From positions 800,001 through 864,000 of the forward strand of contig CAXXYH010000004.1 of NCBI GenBank assembly GCA_963677925.2: a stretch of DNA of 64,000 bases. Direction: 5' to 3'. Source of the stretch: Spirochaetia bacterium. GTDB taxonomy: Bacteria; Spirochaetota; Spirochaetia; UBA9216. Shown here one piece after another: positions 9,437 through 18,879 of the stretch. The notes beneath the pieces were generated by a model. The model was not told the origin of the DNA. It saw nothing but the letters and a program-made list of their open reading frames with translations, and ran no database searches. Numbering within the stretch: position 1 is the stretch's first letter; each line of letters begins with the position of its first letter. The position numbers and the translations under genes are program-made.

Positions 9437-9682
9437 TTACCGCTCCTTCCGTTTTTTATCGTTATACAGGGTTTCCAGGTTGTCGATTCTACGGTTTAAA
9501 TCCCGAAGACCCCTGTAAATTTCATCCATCATCTTCGCATCCTCGTCGCTCATTTTATCTCCGCGGCGGGATTTTTCCTTTCTGCCTGTTACTATCGCAA
9601 TCACCGCCAGCACGAATACAAAGGGTGCTGCGATAGCAAAAAGCGAAATTATCATTCCTGAACTAATTATTGGCCCCATCAT
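9437..9682 (-). CDS. pspB: Phage shock protein B-like protein
   Basis: N-terminal TM followed by LRDLNRRIDNLETL; lies between pspA and pspC. Confidence 0.7.
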   Translation of the reverse strand: MMGPIISSGMIISLFAIAAPFVFVLAVIAIVTGRKEKSRRGDKMSDEDAKMMDEIYRGLRDLNRRIDNLETLYNDKKRKER

Positions 9683-10343
9683 TCTTCTTTATACTCTTTT
9701 TAAGTTTTGAAAGCTCTTCTTCGATTTCGGTCTCATTTTCAAGTTTGTGAAACTCGTTTTCGTTGGTCCCGCTCTTTGAGCCGGTAAAAACCATATCTGC
9801 GTCAGCTTCCATTCTTTCAATCCGGCCTTCTAGTTCTTCGAAACGCATTGTTGCATCAACACCGGATGCGTTTCTTATAGTCTCTCTAGCCTTCTTTTTT
9901 TCGGTTGCATGAATGCTTCGCTGTATTAATATACGTCTTTTCTGTTTGACTGTCTCCAGTTTTTCTTCAAGCTGGGTAATGTTTCCCTTGCATTCATCAA
10001 TAATAGTATCAAACTGTTTAAGATCGTTTTCAAGCAGTTCAAGCTGGTTTGCGCAGGATTTTTTCTCAAGAAGAGCTTCACGGGCCAGATCGTCACGGCC
10101 TTTTTCTACTGCAAGTTTTGCCCTCGAACTCCAGCGGTCGCATTTTTCCTGGAAGTCATCTTTTTCCCGGGCCATTTTGGCCTTGTCTGCCATTGTTGCT
10201 GCGCATGATGATTTGAGTTCTACGAGTGTATCTTCCATCTCTCTAATCATCAGGTTGATCATTTTTTCAGGGTCTTCCGCCCTGTCAAGCATTGAATTGA
10301 TGTTTGAGTTAACTATGTCTTTGAATCTTGTAAAAACGCCCAT
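9663..10343 (-). CDS. pspA: Phage shock protein A
   Basis: MGVFTRFKDIVNSNINSMLDRAEDPEKMINLMIREMEDTL; GGAGG RBS before ATG 10343. Confidence 0.93.
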   Translation of the reverse strand: MGVFTRFKDIVNSNINSMLDRAEDPEKMINLMIREMEDTLVELKSSCAATMADKAKMAREKDDFQEKCDRWSSRAKLAVEKGRDDLAREALLEKKSCANQLELLENDLKQFDTIIDECKGNITQLEEKLETVKQKRRILIQRSIHATEKKKARETIRNASGVDATMRFEELEGRIERMEADADMVFTGSKSGTNENEFHKLENETEIEEELSKLKKSIKKNDGANN

Positions 10344-10375
10344 TTTATCCTCCATGGTTTGTTTGTACATATATA

Positions 10376-10391
10376 TGCAGATGCTGTGCCA
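10376..10391 (-). promoter_or_regulatory. Sigma54 (-24/-12) promoter of pspA
   Basis: Minus strand TGGCACAGCATCTGCA (GG-N10-GC), about 30 nt upstream of pspA. Confidence 0.85.
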
Positions 10392-10538
10392 GTTTTAGGA
10401 ATAACGCTGAAAAAATCAAAAAACTTCATAAAATCGGCTGTCTGACTGCACCTATGGGCTTATTCAGGCTCATTTTCAGTACATCGTTCCATAATTAAAC
10501 AGCTGTCGGGGAGGATTCTGTTACCATTTTGCTGGACC

Positions 10539-10626
10539 TGGCGAAAAAAACCAATAAAATGGTAAAAAATACCAAATAGCTAAAATAATACTGGTCAAAA
10601 TAACCATTACATGGTAAATTGTACCT
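10539..10626. promoter_or_regulatory. Four TGG-N9-CCA dyads, candidate PspF enhancer/autoregulatory sites
   Basis: TGGCGAAAAAAACCA 10539, TGGTAAAAAATACCA 10560, TGGTCAAAATAACCA 10592, TGGTAAATTGTACCT 10612. Confidence 0.65.
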
Positions 10627-10628
10627 AC

Positions 10629-11690
10629 ATGAAATTCTCAGATTTCGTTGAACGCGAAGCTCTGGGAGAATCTCCGGTATTTCTGGAATTTCAGGCAGAA
10701 CTCAGTCGGGCCGCCGGTATAAATCGATCGGTCATGATAATCGGCGAAAGGGGAACCGGAAAGGAATTAGCGGCCTCAAGGCTTCATTACCTTTCCGGAC
10801 GCTGGGAGGCTCCTTTCGTCACACTCAACTGTGCTGCTCTGCCGCCTACGCTTATTGAAACAGAACTTTTTGGACATGAAACAGGAGCGTACACCGGCGC
10901 AGGAAAAACCCGAAAAGGCCGCTTTGAAGAGGCCGACGGGGGGACCCTGTTTCTCGATGAGATAGGCCTGATCCCTCTTGAAGTACAGGAAAAGATACTC
11001 AGAGTAGTCGAATACGGCAGTTTTGAACGTGTCGGCAGTTCACGGACCATCGAAGTTGATGTCCGTATTGTTGCCGCCACCAATGAAGACATGCCGAATT
11101 TGTGCGAAGAGAACAAGTTTAAAAGGGACCTCCTGGACAGACTGTCTTTCGAGGTCCTTTTTCTTCCCCCTTTAAGAGAGCGCAGAGATGATATTATGCT
11201 TCTTGCCAGGCATTTTGCATCAAGAATGGCGTCGGAGCTGAGTCATGCCCGGATGCCCGAGTTCTCGGAAGAAGTAATTCAAAGAATGCATCAATATCCC
11301 TGGCCTGGAAACATCCGTGAGCTTAAAAACGTAGTTGAGCGCGCTGTCTACAAGTGTGAGTCGGGGCTTATTACAGATATAAATGTTGATCCTTTCAAAA
11401 ATCCCTATGAAAAGCCGGAGATTGAATACGGCGCGTCTGATGATAGAGGGGATTCAGGCTTTGAGGCTGAAAGCAGCGGGACTGCCCGCAGTCCCGGGAT
11501 TGTTGAAAAGACAGTTTCGGCTCTTCCCCCTCTTGCAGGATTTCGGGATAATATAAAAGAAATAGAAGTTGAGTACCTCCGGCGGGCCTTGTCGGAAGGA
11601 AAAAACAACCAGAAGAAAGCGGCTGATCTTCTGTCACTGTCCTATGATCAGTTCAGAGGTCTTTACCGCAAATACAGGGAGGAATTATGA
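10629..11690 (+). CDS. pspF: Sigma54-dependent activator PspF
   Basis: GERGTGKE, ELFGHETGAYTGA, LFLDEIG, WPGNIRELKN, C-terminal HTH; no sensor domain; divergent from pspA. Confidence 0.9.
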   Translation: MKFSDFVEREALGESPVFLEFQAELSRAAGINRSVMIIGERGTGKELAASRLHYLSGRWEAPFVTLNCAALPPTLIETELFGHETGAYTGAGKTRKGRFEEADGGTLFLDEIGLIPLEVQEKILRVVEYGSFERVGSSRTIEVDVRIVAATNEDMPNLCEENKFKRDLLDRLSFEVLFLPPLRERRDDIMLLARHFASRMASELSHARMPEFSEEVIQRMHQYPWPGNIRELKNVVERAVYKCESGLITDINVDPFKNPYEKPEIEYGASDDRGDSGFEAESSGTARSPGIVEKTVSALPPLAGFRDNIKEIEVEYLRRALSEGKNNQKKAADLLSLSYDQFRGLYRKYREEL

Positions 11691-12244
11691 GATTACTTGC
11701 AGAAGATACAGTTGGAGTAATAATTGATTTTCAGGACAGGCTTGTCCCACATATGCAGAAGAAGGAAGAGCTTATAAAAAATACTTCCACCCTCATTAAG
11801 GGGCTTCGTCATCTTGAGATTCCGCTGCTTGTTACCCAGCAGTACACCAGGGGCCTTGGACCAACAGTTCCCGAACTTGTTGAGGCGCTCGGCTGCAGTT
11901 CTGCCGAAGAGCTCCCGTATATTGAAAAAGGAACTTTCAGCTGTGCTGATGACCCTGCTTTTATGGAAAAATTGAAGGAAACAGGCAGGAAAAATGTACT
12001 CATCTGTGGAATCGAAGGTCATGTCTGTGTTCTTCAGACAATTACCGATCTCTGTGCAGAAGGTTATAACGTTAATGCTGTTGTTGACTGTATTTCCTCC
12101 AGAAAGGAACAGGATTATAAAACAGGAATAGAACGATACAAGTTTGAGGGCGCGATGGTTTCAGTATATGAGTCAGTACTTTTTGAACTAACCAGAACCT
12201 CAAAAAGCCCCTATTTCAAGGGGATATCCGCACTGGTAAAATAA
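11687..12244 (+). CDS. Isochorismatase family hydrolase
   Basis: IIDFQDRL, TQQYTRGLGPT, GIEGHVCVLQT. Confidence 0.88.
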   Translation: MRLLAEDTVGVIIDFQDRLVPHMQKKEELIKNTSTLIKGLRHLEIPLLVTQQYTRGLGPTVPELVEALGCSSAEELPYIEKGTFSCADDPAFMEKLKETGRKNVLICGIEGHVCVLQTITDLCAEGYNVNAVVDCISSRKEQDYKTGIERYKFEGAMVSVYESVLFELTRTSKSPYFKGISALVK

Positions 12245-12255
12245 AAGGAAGGCTT

Positions 12256-12861
12256 ATGTACAGAATCCTGTGCTACGGCGATTCAAATACCTGGGGAGTT
12301 AACCCTGTTTCCGGCCTCCGTTTTGCGTTCGGCGAGCGGTGGCCCGGTGTGATGGCAAATGAACTGGGGGCCGGCTTTGAGATAATCGAAGATGGTGTAA
12401 ACGGCAGAACCGTCACAGGGCAGGAGGAGTATTTCTCTGATGCCCTGGTTGATAATTTTCCGCTTGATGCGGTGATTATTTTTCTGGGGGTTAACGATCT
12501 CTGCCTGAACCCCGAATGCCCTGTGAATGATGTGGTCAGGGCTTCTTCGGCCTTTATCAGAACTCTGGAAAAAACCAGCGAAGACACCGGCTTTGTGAAA
12601 CCGGAAATGATTTTGATTTCGCCGGTGCCTCTTAATAATGATGAGGTGCCGGACGGGTATTATGAAACAGAAACCCGTAAAGTTCTGGAACTTGGTACAC
12701 AGCTTGGAACGCTTGCCTCCGCTATGAAATGCGGATTCATTAATTCAGGCGGAATAATTAAAAGCTCTCCGATTGACGGAATACATCTTGAGGCGGATGC
12801 CCACCGGAAACTGGGATCCGCTGCGGCTGAATACCTGAAGGCCTTTCTGAAAATCAGCTGA
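12256..12861 (+). CDS. SGNH/GDSL hydrolase
   Basis: CYGDSNTWG, GVNGRT, LGVND, DGIH. Confidence 0.88.
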   Translation: MYRILCYGDSNTWGVNPVSGLRFAFGERWPGVMANELGAGFEIIEDGVNGRTVTGQEEYFSDALVDNFPLDAVIIFLGVNDLCLNPECPVNDVVRASSAFIRTLEKTSEDTGFVKPEMILISPVPLNNDEVPDGYYETETRKVLELGTQLGTLASAMKCGFINSGGIIKSSPIDGIHLEADAHRKLGSAAAEYLKAFLKIS

Positions 12862-12886
12862 CTCCTGCCGGATCTTATCCAGTGTT

Positions 12887-13810
12887 TCAGTCGGCCTTTT
12901 TATCCTTATCTTCTTCTCTGCTGTCAGATTTTGAAAAATCCCTCATTGTGCTCCGAAGCTGGGTAAGAAGTTTGTAGCTTCTCTCATGTTCCTTTCCGGA
13001 AATCCTCCATGTTTTCATGTTGGAAAGCTGCCTGCGGTATTTTGTCTCCATACGGATGAGAGCTTTCTCTATTTTATCGAGAGCCTTTCCCCGGTTGTAG
13101 TCTCCGTCGTAGCCTCCGAAGTCGTATTCAAGAACGTCGTTTCCATAACGAATTTCACCCCGGAATGCACGGTAGACATTGAGTTTGATTCCCTTGGCCG
13201 CGTACTGAAGCCTGCCTTCCTTCTCGTAACGGCGGACACTGACCTTTACATGGGTTGAGTTCAGGTAGCGCAGGGGGCGGTGATCCGACGCGCGTTTTAC
13301 CAGATCGTTGTCTTCGGCAACCTTGATGGTTTCATCGAAACCTCCGATTCTGTCAAAAAGTCTTTTAGTAATAAATATGCAGAAACCGAATGCCATCGGA
13401 TTTATTCTGAGGTTTGCCATTACTGTAAGGTTGATAACATTATGGATCACCCGGTCAAGCTGAATGTCGGACATCGGTCTTATTGCACAGGTTGCGACAT
13501 CGATATATCTTTCCTGCATTTCGTTATACAGGTTTTTAAGAAAATGTTCGGGGATAACGACATCGGCATCAAGGAATACAAGGAATTCTCCTTTTGCAGC
13601 CCTTGCTCCTGCATTTCGTCCCGGCCCCGGCATTCCGCCGTCGACAACCCTGGCTCCGTAGCCGGCAGCGATTTCCCTGGTTCCGTCAGTGGAAAAGGCG
13701 TCAGCAACGATTACCTCATAATCATCAAAATCCTGATTCTTTATGCTTTCAAGAAGTACTGGAAGAAACTTTTCTTCATTCTTTGCGGGTATTATTACAC
13801 TGATTTTCAT
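12887..13810 (-). CDS. Glycosyltransferase family 2
   Basis: ISVIIPAKNEE, FLDAD, GGFDE...EDNDL. Confidence 0.88.
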   Translation of the reverse strand: MKISVIIPAKNEEKFLPVLLESIKNQDFDDYEVIVADAFSTDGTREIAAGYGARVVDGGMPGPGRNAGARAAKGEFLVFLDADVVIPEHFLKNLYNEMQERYIDVATCAIRPMSDIQLDRVIHNVINLTVMANLRINPMAFGFCIFITKRLFDRIGGFDETIKVAEDNDLVKRASDHRPLRYLNSTHVKVSVRRYEKEGRLQYAAKGIKLNVYRAFRGEIRYGNDVLEYDFGGYDGDYNRGKALDKIEKALIRMETKYRRQLSNMKTWRISGKEHERSYKLLTQLRSTMRDFSKSDSREEDKDKKAD

Positions 13811-13896
13811 AATTATAATTTAACTCATTTATATACTGCCGGCTACAGAATTTAAAAATGGAAGCCTTATTCTCTTTATGCTAAAATACCGGGCAT

Positions 13897-14562
13897 ATGG
13901 TAAATAATAAATATAAACAATTGATAGTCGATACCGGCATAGAAATGCTTGAGAAGGGTATAACAGTCGGCACCTGGGGAAATATCAGCTGCCGAGATCC
14001 GGAGACCGGGCTGATGTATATAAGCCCAAGCGGGGTGGATTATTCGGTGATTACCCCTGACCTGGTTGTTGTAATGGATACAGATCTTAATCTTGTTGAG
14101 GGGAAGGCGGAACCCTCTGTGGAGAAGCACATGCATGCGGCTGTTCTGAAGGCCAGACCTGATGTAAACGCTGTTATACATACACATCCGGTGTATTCCA
14201 GTGCGTTCGGTGCGGCAGAAAAGCCGCTGCCGGCGGTAAGCGAGGACTTTGTACAGATTGCAGGTGCAGAGATTCAGGTTGCGCTTCCGTATGAACTGCC
14301 GGGCACCGCTGAACTGGGTGATGCAGCGGTAAGGGCTCTGGGCCGGAACAATGCGGTACTGCTGCCCGGACATGGAGCCCTTGTGACGGGACGTGATATG
14401 AAAACGGCCCTCAAGGTCAGCCTGGTGCTTGAGAAAAACGCCCAGATCTATTTGTTTGCAAAACTGCTAGGCGGTGATGTACGGAAGTTCAGCAATGAAG
14501 AGATTGATATCATGCAGGATTTTGCCAAAAACAAATACGGAAAGAAAAACAGCAGCCTTTAA
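13897..14562 (+). CDS. Class II aldolase/adducin family protein (FucA-like)
   Basis: GTWGNIS, PSVEKHMH, HTH, LLPGHGAL. Confidence 0.88.
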   Translation: MVNNKYKQLIVDTGIEMLEKGITVGTWGNISCRDPETGLMYISPSGVDYSVITPDLVVVMDTDLNLVEGKAEPSVEKHMHAAVLKARPDVNAVIHTHPVYSSAFGAAEKPLPAVSEDFVQIAGAEIQVALPYELPGTAELGDAAVRALGRNNAVLLPGHGALVTGRDMKTALKVSLVLEKNAQIYLFAKLLGGDVRKFSNEEIDIMQDFAKNKYGKKNSSL

Positions 14563-14578
14563 ACCGGCTGGTTGTTGC

Positions 14579-16921
14579 TTAAAACAGGTCCAGCTGCTGT
14601 CCTTCGATGATTGAATCAAAGTCCCTGCCGGCTGCAAAGAGTACTCCGTCGGCAATGGGTCGGATTTGTTTTTCTATGTAATGGCTGTAGTCGGCTCCGC
14701 CGCTGTACATTTCCACCGGAGTCGGCCCCTCGGCTGTCATTATGTAGCTGACGTTTCTGAGATTTTTTGAACCGTCGGGATCCAGTTTAAGTGCGGCTTT
14801 AACGTGGGGCGGTGTTGATTTTACATATTCAGATGTTTTCCGGTTGAGCTGACGTTTGTAGATGAGCAGACCATCGAAGCTTCCGGTTTTCAGATCCTCC
14901 ACAAATCCCTTTATCCATCCGGCAAGTTCCATATCGTTAAAGAATCTGAAAAACAGATCCTGCTGAAACTTCTTGGCAAGGTCGGTCCAGTCGGAGCGGA
15001 CGGTTTCCAGTCCCTTGAAATCTATCGTTCCGTCTTCAAGCATTCCGGCATAGCGTTTGCGGGCCCCTTCGCTGGTATAACGCATCGGCGGCAGGAAAAA
15101 CTTGGTGTAGTGCTTTTCAAATTCAATTTCCAGCTTCGACTCAATTCCGAAATCACTTTTCATCAGATTGATAAAATGATTGTTCACCTGCTCTGCAAGC
15201 TCTGCTCCGGCTGCATCAACCCTGTTCTGCTCCTCCGGTTTCATGCAGACAAAAAGAGAGTCGGTATCGCCGTAGATTACCTCATATCCGAGGTCTGTGA
15301 GATATGCCCTGCAGGTCTTCAATATCCACTGTCCTGTTCCGGTTATTGCCGTAGGCAGGTAAGGGTGGTAGAAGCGGCAGCCGGTGGTTCCCATAACGCC
15401 GTAGAAGCTGTTCATCAGAATCTTGACTGCCTGGGACAGGTAGGGATCGTTGTTCTTTTTTGCTTCAGCCCGTTTATCCATCAATCCTTCAAGAAAATCG
15501 GGAAGCACGTTCTCGGTGGATGAAAAACGTATGCCTTCCGGTGTTGTGACCGGGCTGACATCGGCTCTGACCCTTGATACGGGATCGATGAAAAAGGTCC
15601 GGATGATAGTGGGGTACAGACTTTTGAAATCAAGAACGATCACATGTGGGTAGAGTCCCGGAGCTGAGGTGAAAACAAAGCCTCCGGCCGCATGCTGCCC
15701 GGCCATTACATCGGCTGTATCTATGGCGACCAGTCCCTTGCGGTGCACTAGCGGCAGCATAAAAAAGTCGAAGGATGCTACCGACATGTGAACCTTGTCG
15801 GCGGGGAGCCCTGTAATGAGACTTCTGGTTACAAGCTGATCGATGATTGCAGTCTTCTGAAATATCTCGGTTACAAGCACGCAGTCCTCAAGATTATAGC
15901 GGGCCAGGGCCGGCTTGTCCTCACGGAACCGCCGCTCTATTTCTGCAACCTTGTCCTCGTCGGGGGTGATGTCCTTACCGCGGCCCAGCAGTTCTCCGGC
16001 GACTGTTTCAAGCTTGTAGTTTTCAAATTTGTAGAATGCTGTCCGAAGGCTCTGCGGTCCGTCGATGATTATCCGCCCGTTTGCTTCGGCCGAATACATT
16101 CCGCTTCTTTTCTGGAATATCCGAAGCTCCCTGTGTCTGAATCCACGGCCGGCAGTGAAGGGCCTGCCGTAGAGCTCCGACCGCCTTTTGATAAAATCAA
16201 GGTCGAAGCCTATAACGTGCCAGCCGACGATTATGTCGGGATCACGTTCCTGAAGGTGTCTTTCAAAGCCGAGCAGGAGAGACTGCTCATCCGGCAGGTA
16301 TCTAAGCTCCTGGCTGCTTCCGTAATTATTACCGGAGTCTCTATTCGCTGCATTAACCGGATTTGCAGGTTCCCCGCGCATCAGCACTGTTTTAAACTCG
16401 CCGGAAGCATAGGTCGTATGCTCCGCGATTGAATAGATGCTGCCGTCGGTTCCTGTTTCGATATCAAGCGACATGACCCGCAGTTCCGGACGGTAGTCAG
16501 CCGGGCTCAGGGAAGGATTTATGAAAACGTTAATATTGTTCTGTTTTTGAACATTTCCCTCTATCTGAACACCGCATTTAATGTAGCGTTCCATTAAAAA
16601 ACGGTCTTCCGCCCTGATATCCGATTCGTATACCCGTATGTTACTGTCGCGCAGCCTTCTGCGGGTCTGAAAGTAACTGTCGAGGCTGCTGAAGTAAAGT
16701 CCGTCGACCCGGACTCCGTCGAAATCGCTTAAATCAAGTGTTTTTCTTTCAAGCCCAGCTGTTTCCTGATCGGGGCAGTCATGTCTTATAAAGAAAACCG
16801 GTTTATGCGGACTGATTGCTATTACAAAAGGGCCGGAATCTCCGGTTCCGTAGTAATGCAGCTCACATCTGCCGTTAATATCGAGGCTGTGCATTGTAAG
16901 CAGGTAGCCGGTTTCGGTCAT
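14579..16921 (-). CDS. polB: DNA polymerase II (family B)
   Basis: SLDIET exonuclease motif, LDFKSLYPTII, KILMNSFYG, YGDTDS. Confidence 0.93.
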   Translation of the reverse strand: MTETGYLLTMHSLDINGRCELHYYGTGDSGPFVIAISPHKPVFFIRHDCPDQETAGLERKTLDLSDFDGVRVDGLYFSSLDSYFQTRRRLRDSNIRVYESDIRAEDRFLMERYIKCGVQIEGNVQKQNNINVFINPSLSPADYRPELRVMSLDIETGTDGSIYSIAEHTTYASGEFKTVLMRGEPANPVNAANRDSGNNYGSSQELRYLPDEQSLLLGFERHLQERDPDIIVGWHVIGFDLDFIKRRSELYGRPFTAGRGFRHRELRIFQKRSGMYSAEANGRIIIDGPQSLRTAFYKFENYKLETVAGELLGRGKDITPDEDKVAEIERRFREDKPALARYNLEDCVLVTEIFQKTAIIDQLVTRSLITGLPADKVHMSVASFDFFMLPLVHRKGLVAIDTADVMAGQHAAGGFVFTSAPGLYPHVIVLDFKSLYPTIIRTFFIDPVSRVRADVSPVTTPEGIRFSSTENVLPDFLEGLMDKRAEAKKNNDPYLSQAVKILMNSFYGVMGTTGCRFYHPYLPTAITGTGQWILKTCRAYLTDLGYEVIYGDTDSLFVCMKPEEQNRVDAAGAELAEQVNNHFINLMKSDFGIESKLEIEFEKHYTKFFLPPMRYTSEGARKRYAGMLEDGTIDFKGLETVRSDWTDLAKKFQQDLFFRFFNDMELAGWIKGFVEDLKTGSFDGLLIYKRQLNRKTSEYVKSTPPHVKAALKLDPDGSKNLRNVSYIMTAEGPTPVEMYSGGADYSHYIEKQIRPIADGVLFAAGRDFDSIIEGQQLDLF

Positions 16922-16991
16922 GCTTCATTTTAACAGATAATTCATCTTTTTTCGTTGACCGCAGAGGCGGTAAAGCGATATTTTTAGATAC

Positions 16992-17867
16992 ATGACTGAA
17001 ATAATGAGGATTGAAAACCTCGTAAAGGATTACGGGAAAGTCAGGGCCGTTGACGGTATAAGCTTTTCCATTCCCGAAGGTGTCTGTTTCGGACTTCTCG
17101 GGCCGAACGGCGCAGGAAAAACTACTACCATCGAGATGATGGAGGGTATACTGAAGCCCACAGCCGGCAGGATACTTTTCCGTGACCGTGACATAGATTT
17201 CCACTTCAAGCAGAAGGTCGGTATTCAGTTTCAGAACACCGCCCTTCCGGAGTTTATCACTGTAAAAGAAACACTCGAACTTTTCCGGGCATTATACCCG
17301 CAGCCGCGTGAACTTGATGAAATCATCGATATCTGTTCCCTTTCAGAGTTTGTGAACAGGGACAACCGCAAGCTTTCCGGAGGCCAGCGCCAGCGCCTGC
17401 TTCTGGGGCTGGCAATAATCCCCCGGCCTGAGATTCTCTTTCTTGATGAACCGACCACCGGGCTAGATCCGCAGGCAAGAAGAAATTTCTGGGATCTGAT
17501 AGAGAGGATAAAGGCTGAAAACACTACTATCCTGCTTACAACCCACTACATGGATGAGGCCGAAATTCTCTGTGATCAGATCGGCATCATCGATCACGGT
17601 AAACTTCTTGAGATTGATACACCGCAGGCCCTGCTTAACAGGCATTTCAGCGGTGCAATTGTCAGGGTTCCGCTCAAGGATGAAGCCTGCTTTGAATTTG
17701 AAAACGGCGAGGTTAAAAACGGTATTCTGAAGATTGAAACCCCTGATCTCGATCACACGATGCGCCATCTGCTCAACTGCGACATCAACCTGGAAGGGCT
17801 GACAATTCAGAAGCCGAACCTTGAGGATCTTTTCCTGAAACTTACAGGAACTATGCTGAGGGCATGA
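16992..17867 (+). CDS. ABC-2 type exporter ATP-binding protein
   Basis: GPNGAGKTT, LSGGQRQ, LDEPTTGLDP. Confidence 0.9.
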   Translation: MTEIMRIENLVKDYGKVRAVDGISFSIPEGVCFGLLGPNGAGKTTTIEMMEGILKPTAGRILFRDRDIDFHFKQKVGIQFQNTALPEFITVKETLELFRALYPQPRELDEIIDICSLSEFVNRDNRKLSGGQRQRLLLGLAIIPRPEILFLDEPTTGLDPQARRNFWDLIERIKAENTTILLTTHYMDEAEILCDQIGIIDHGKLLEIDTPQALLNRHFSGAIVRVPLKDEACFEFENGEVKNGILKIETPDLDHTMRHLLNCDINLEGLTIQKPNLEDLFLKLTGTMLRA

Positions 17868-17883
17868 AGGCGGAGAAATTAGA

Positions 17884-18879
17884 ATGAAGAAATTTTATGC
17901 GATAGTACATGCCAGAACGATGGAGTTTGTGAGGGACAGGGGAACCCTTTTCTGGAACCTGCTTTTTCCTCTCCTTCTGATAGTCGGTTTTTCTTTTGCC
18001 TTCGGAGGCGAAGATGATGCCCTGTTCAAGGCGGCCGTTATCGGCGAGGTTCCGGAATCTGCTTCGGCGTTTTTTGAGCTCTCTTCGGTTGAGAAGATAA
18101 TATCCTCTGATACGCCTGAGGATGCAGTTTCAAAGGTACGGCAGCATCAGCTTGATATGCTTGTTAATTTTAATGAAGGTGTTTTCTACCTGAACCCGGA
18201 AGCCTCCTCCGCCGAGGTCTTGCGTTACTTCGCCGTTGATATGCTTCCCGGTCTTTCTGAACGTGAAGCTGCAGGGGAACCGGTCCGTTATATTGACTGG
18301 GCTGTTCCTGGCATCATCGGAATGAACATGCTTTTCAGCTGTATGTTCGGCGTCGGCTTCGTTATCGTCCGTTACCGGAAGAATGGTGTGCTTAAACGGA
18401 TGAAGGCCACGCCTATCACACCCTTTGTGTTTGTAACCGCCCAGATGGGCAGCCGCTTTGTTATTGCACTCGTATCATCTGTGGTTATCTTTACAGGTAC
18501 TAACCTCTTTCTGCATTTTACAATGAACGGCTCCTGGCTGCTTCTTCTGCTTATAACCGCCCTTGCGATTCTGTGCATGATATCCTTCGGGCTGATATTT
18601 GCGGCAAGGATAAAAAGCGAGGAACTGGCCAACGGCCTGATGAATATCTTCAGTTTTCCGATGATGGTATTCTCGGGTGTTTTCTTCTCGCTTGAGGGCT
18701 CACCGGAACTGCTTCAGAAGTTTTCAAAGATATTTCCGCTGACCCACTTTGTTGACGGGGCCAGGGAAATTATGATTGACGGCGCCGGAATCATAGATGT
18801 ACTGCCGCAGTTTGCCGTTTTAGGCGCAATGACGGCGGCTTTTCTTCTGGCCGCGTCGCTTCTTTTCAGGTGGGAATAA
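17884..18879 (+). CDS. ABC-2 type permease
   Basis: Multiple TM segments, YIDWAVPG, FPLTHFVDGAR. Confidence 0.88.
   Translation: MKKFYAIVHARTMEFVRDRGTLFWNLLFPLLLIVGFSFAFGGEDDALFKAAVIGEVPESASAFFELSSVEKIISSDTPEDAVSKVRQHQLDMLVNFNEGVFYLNPEASSAEVLRYFAVDMLPGLSEREAAGEPVRYIDWAVPGIIGMNMLFSCMFGVGFVIVRYRKNGVLKRMKATPITPFVFVTAQMGSRFVIALVSSVVIFTGTNLFLHFTMNGSWLLLLLITALAILCMISFGLIFAARIKSEELANGLMNIFSFPMMVFSGVFFSLEGSPELLQKFSKIFPLTHFVDGAREIMIDGAGIIDVLPQFAVLGAMTAAFLLAASLLFRWE

Noticed and set aside
18866-18879. 3' overlap of two convergent ABC permease genes
   Set aside because: Short convergent overlaps are common; the MFS/zwf pair shows one too.
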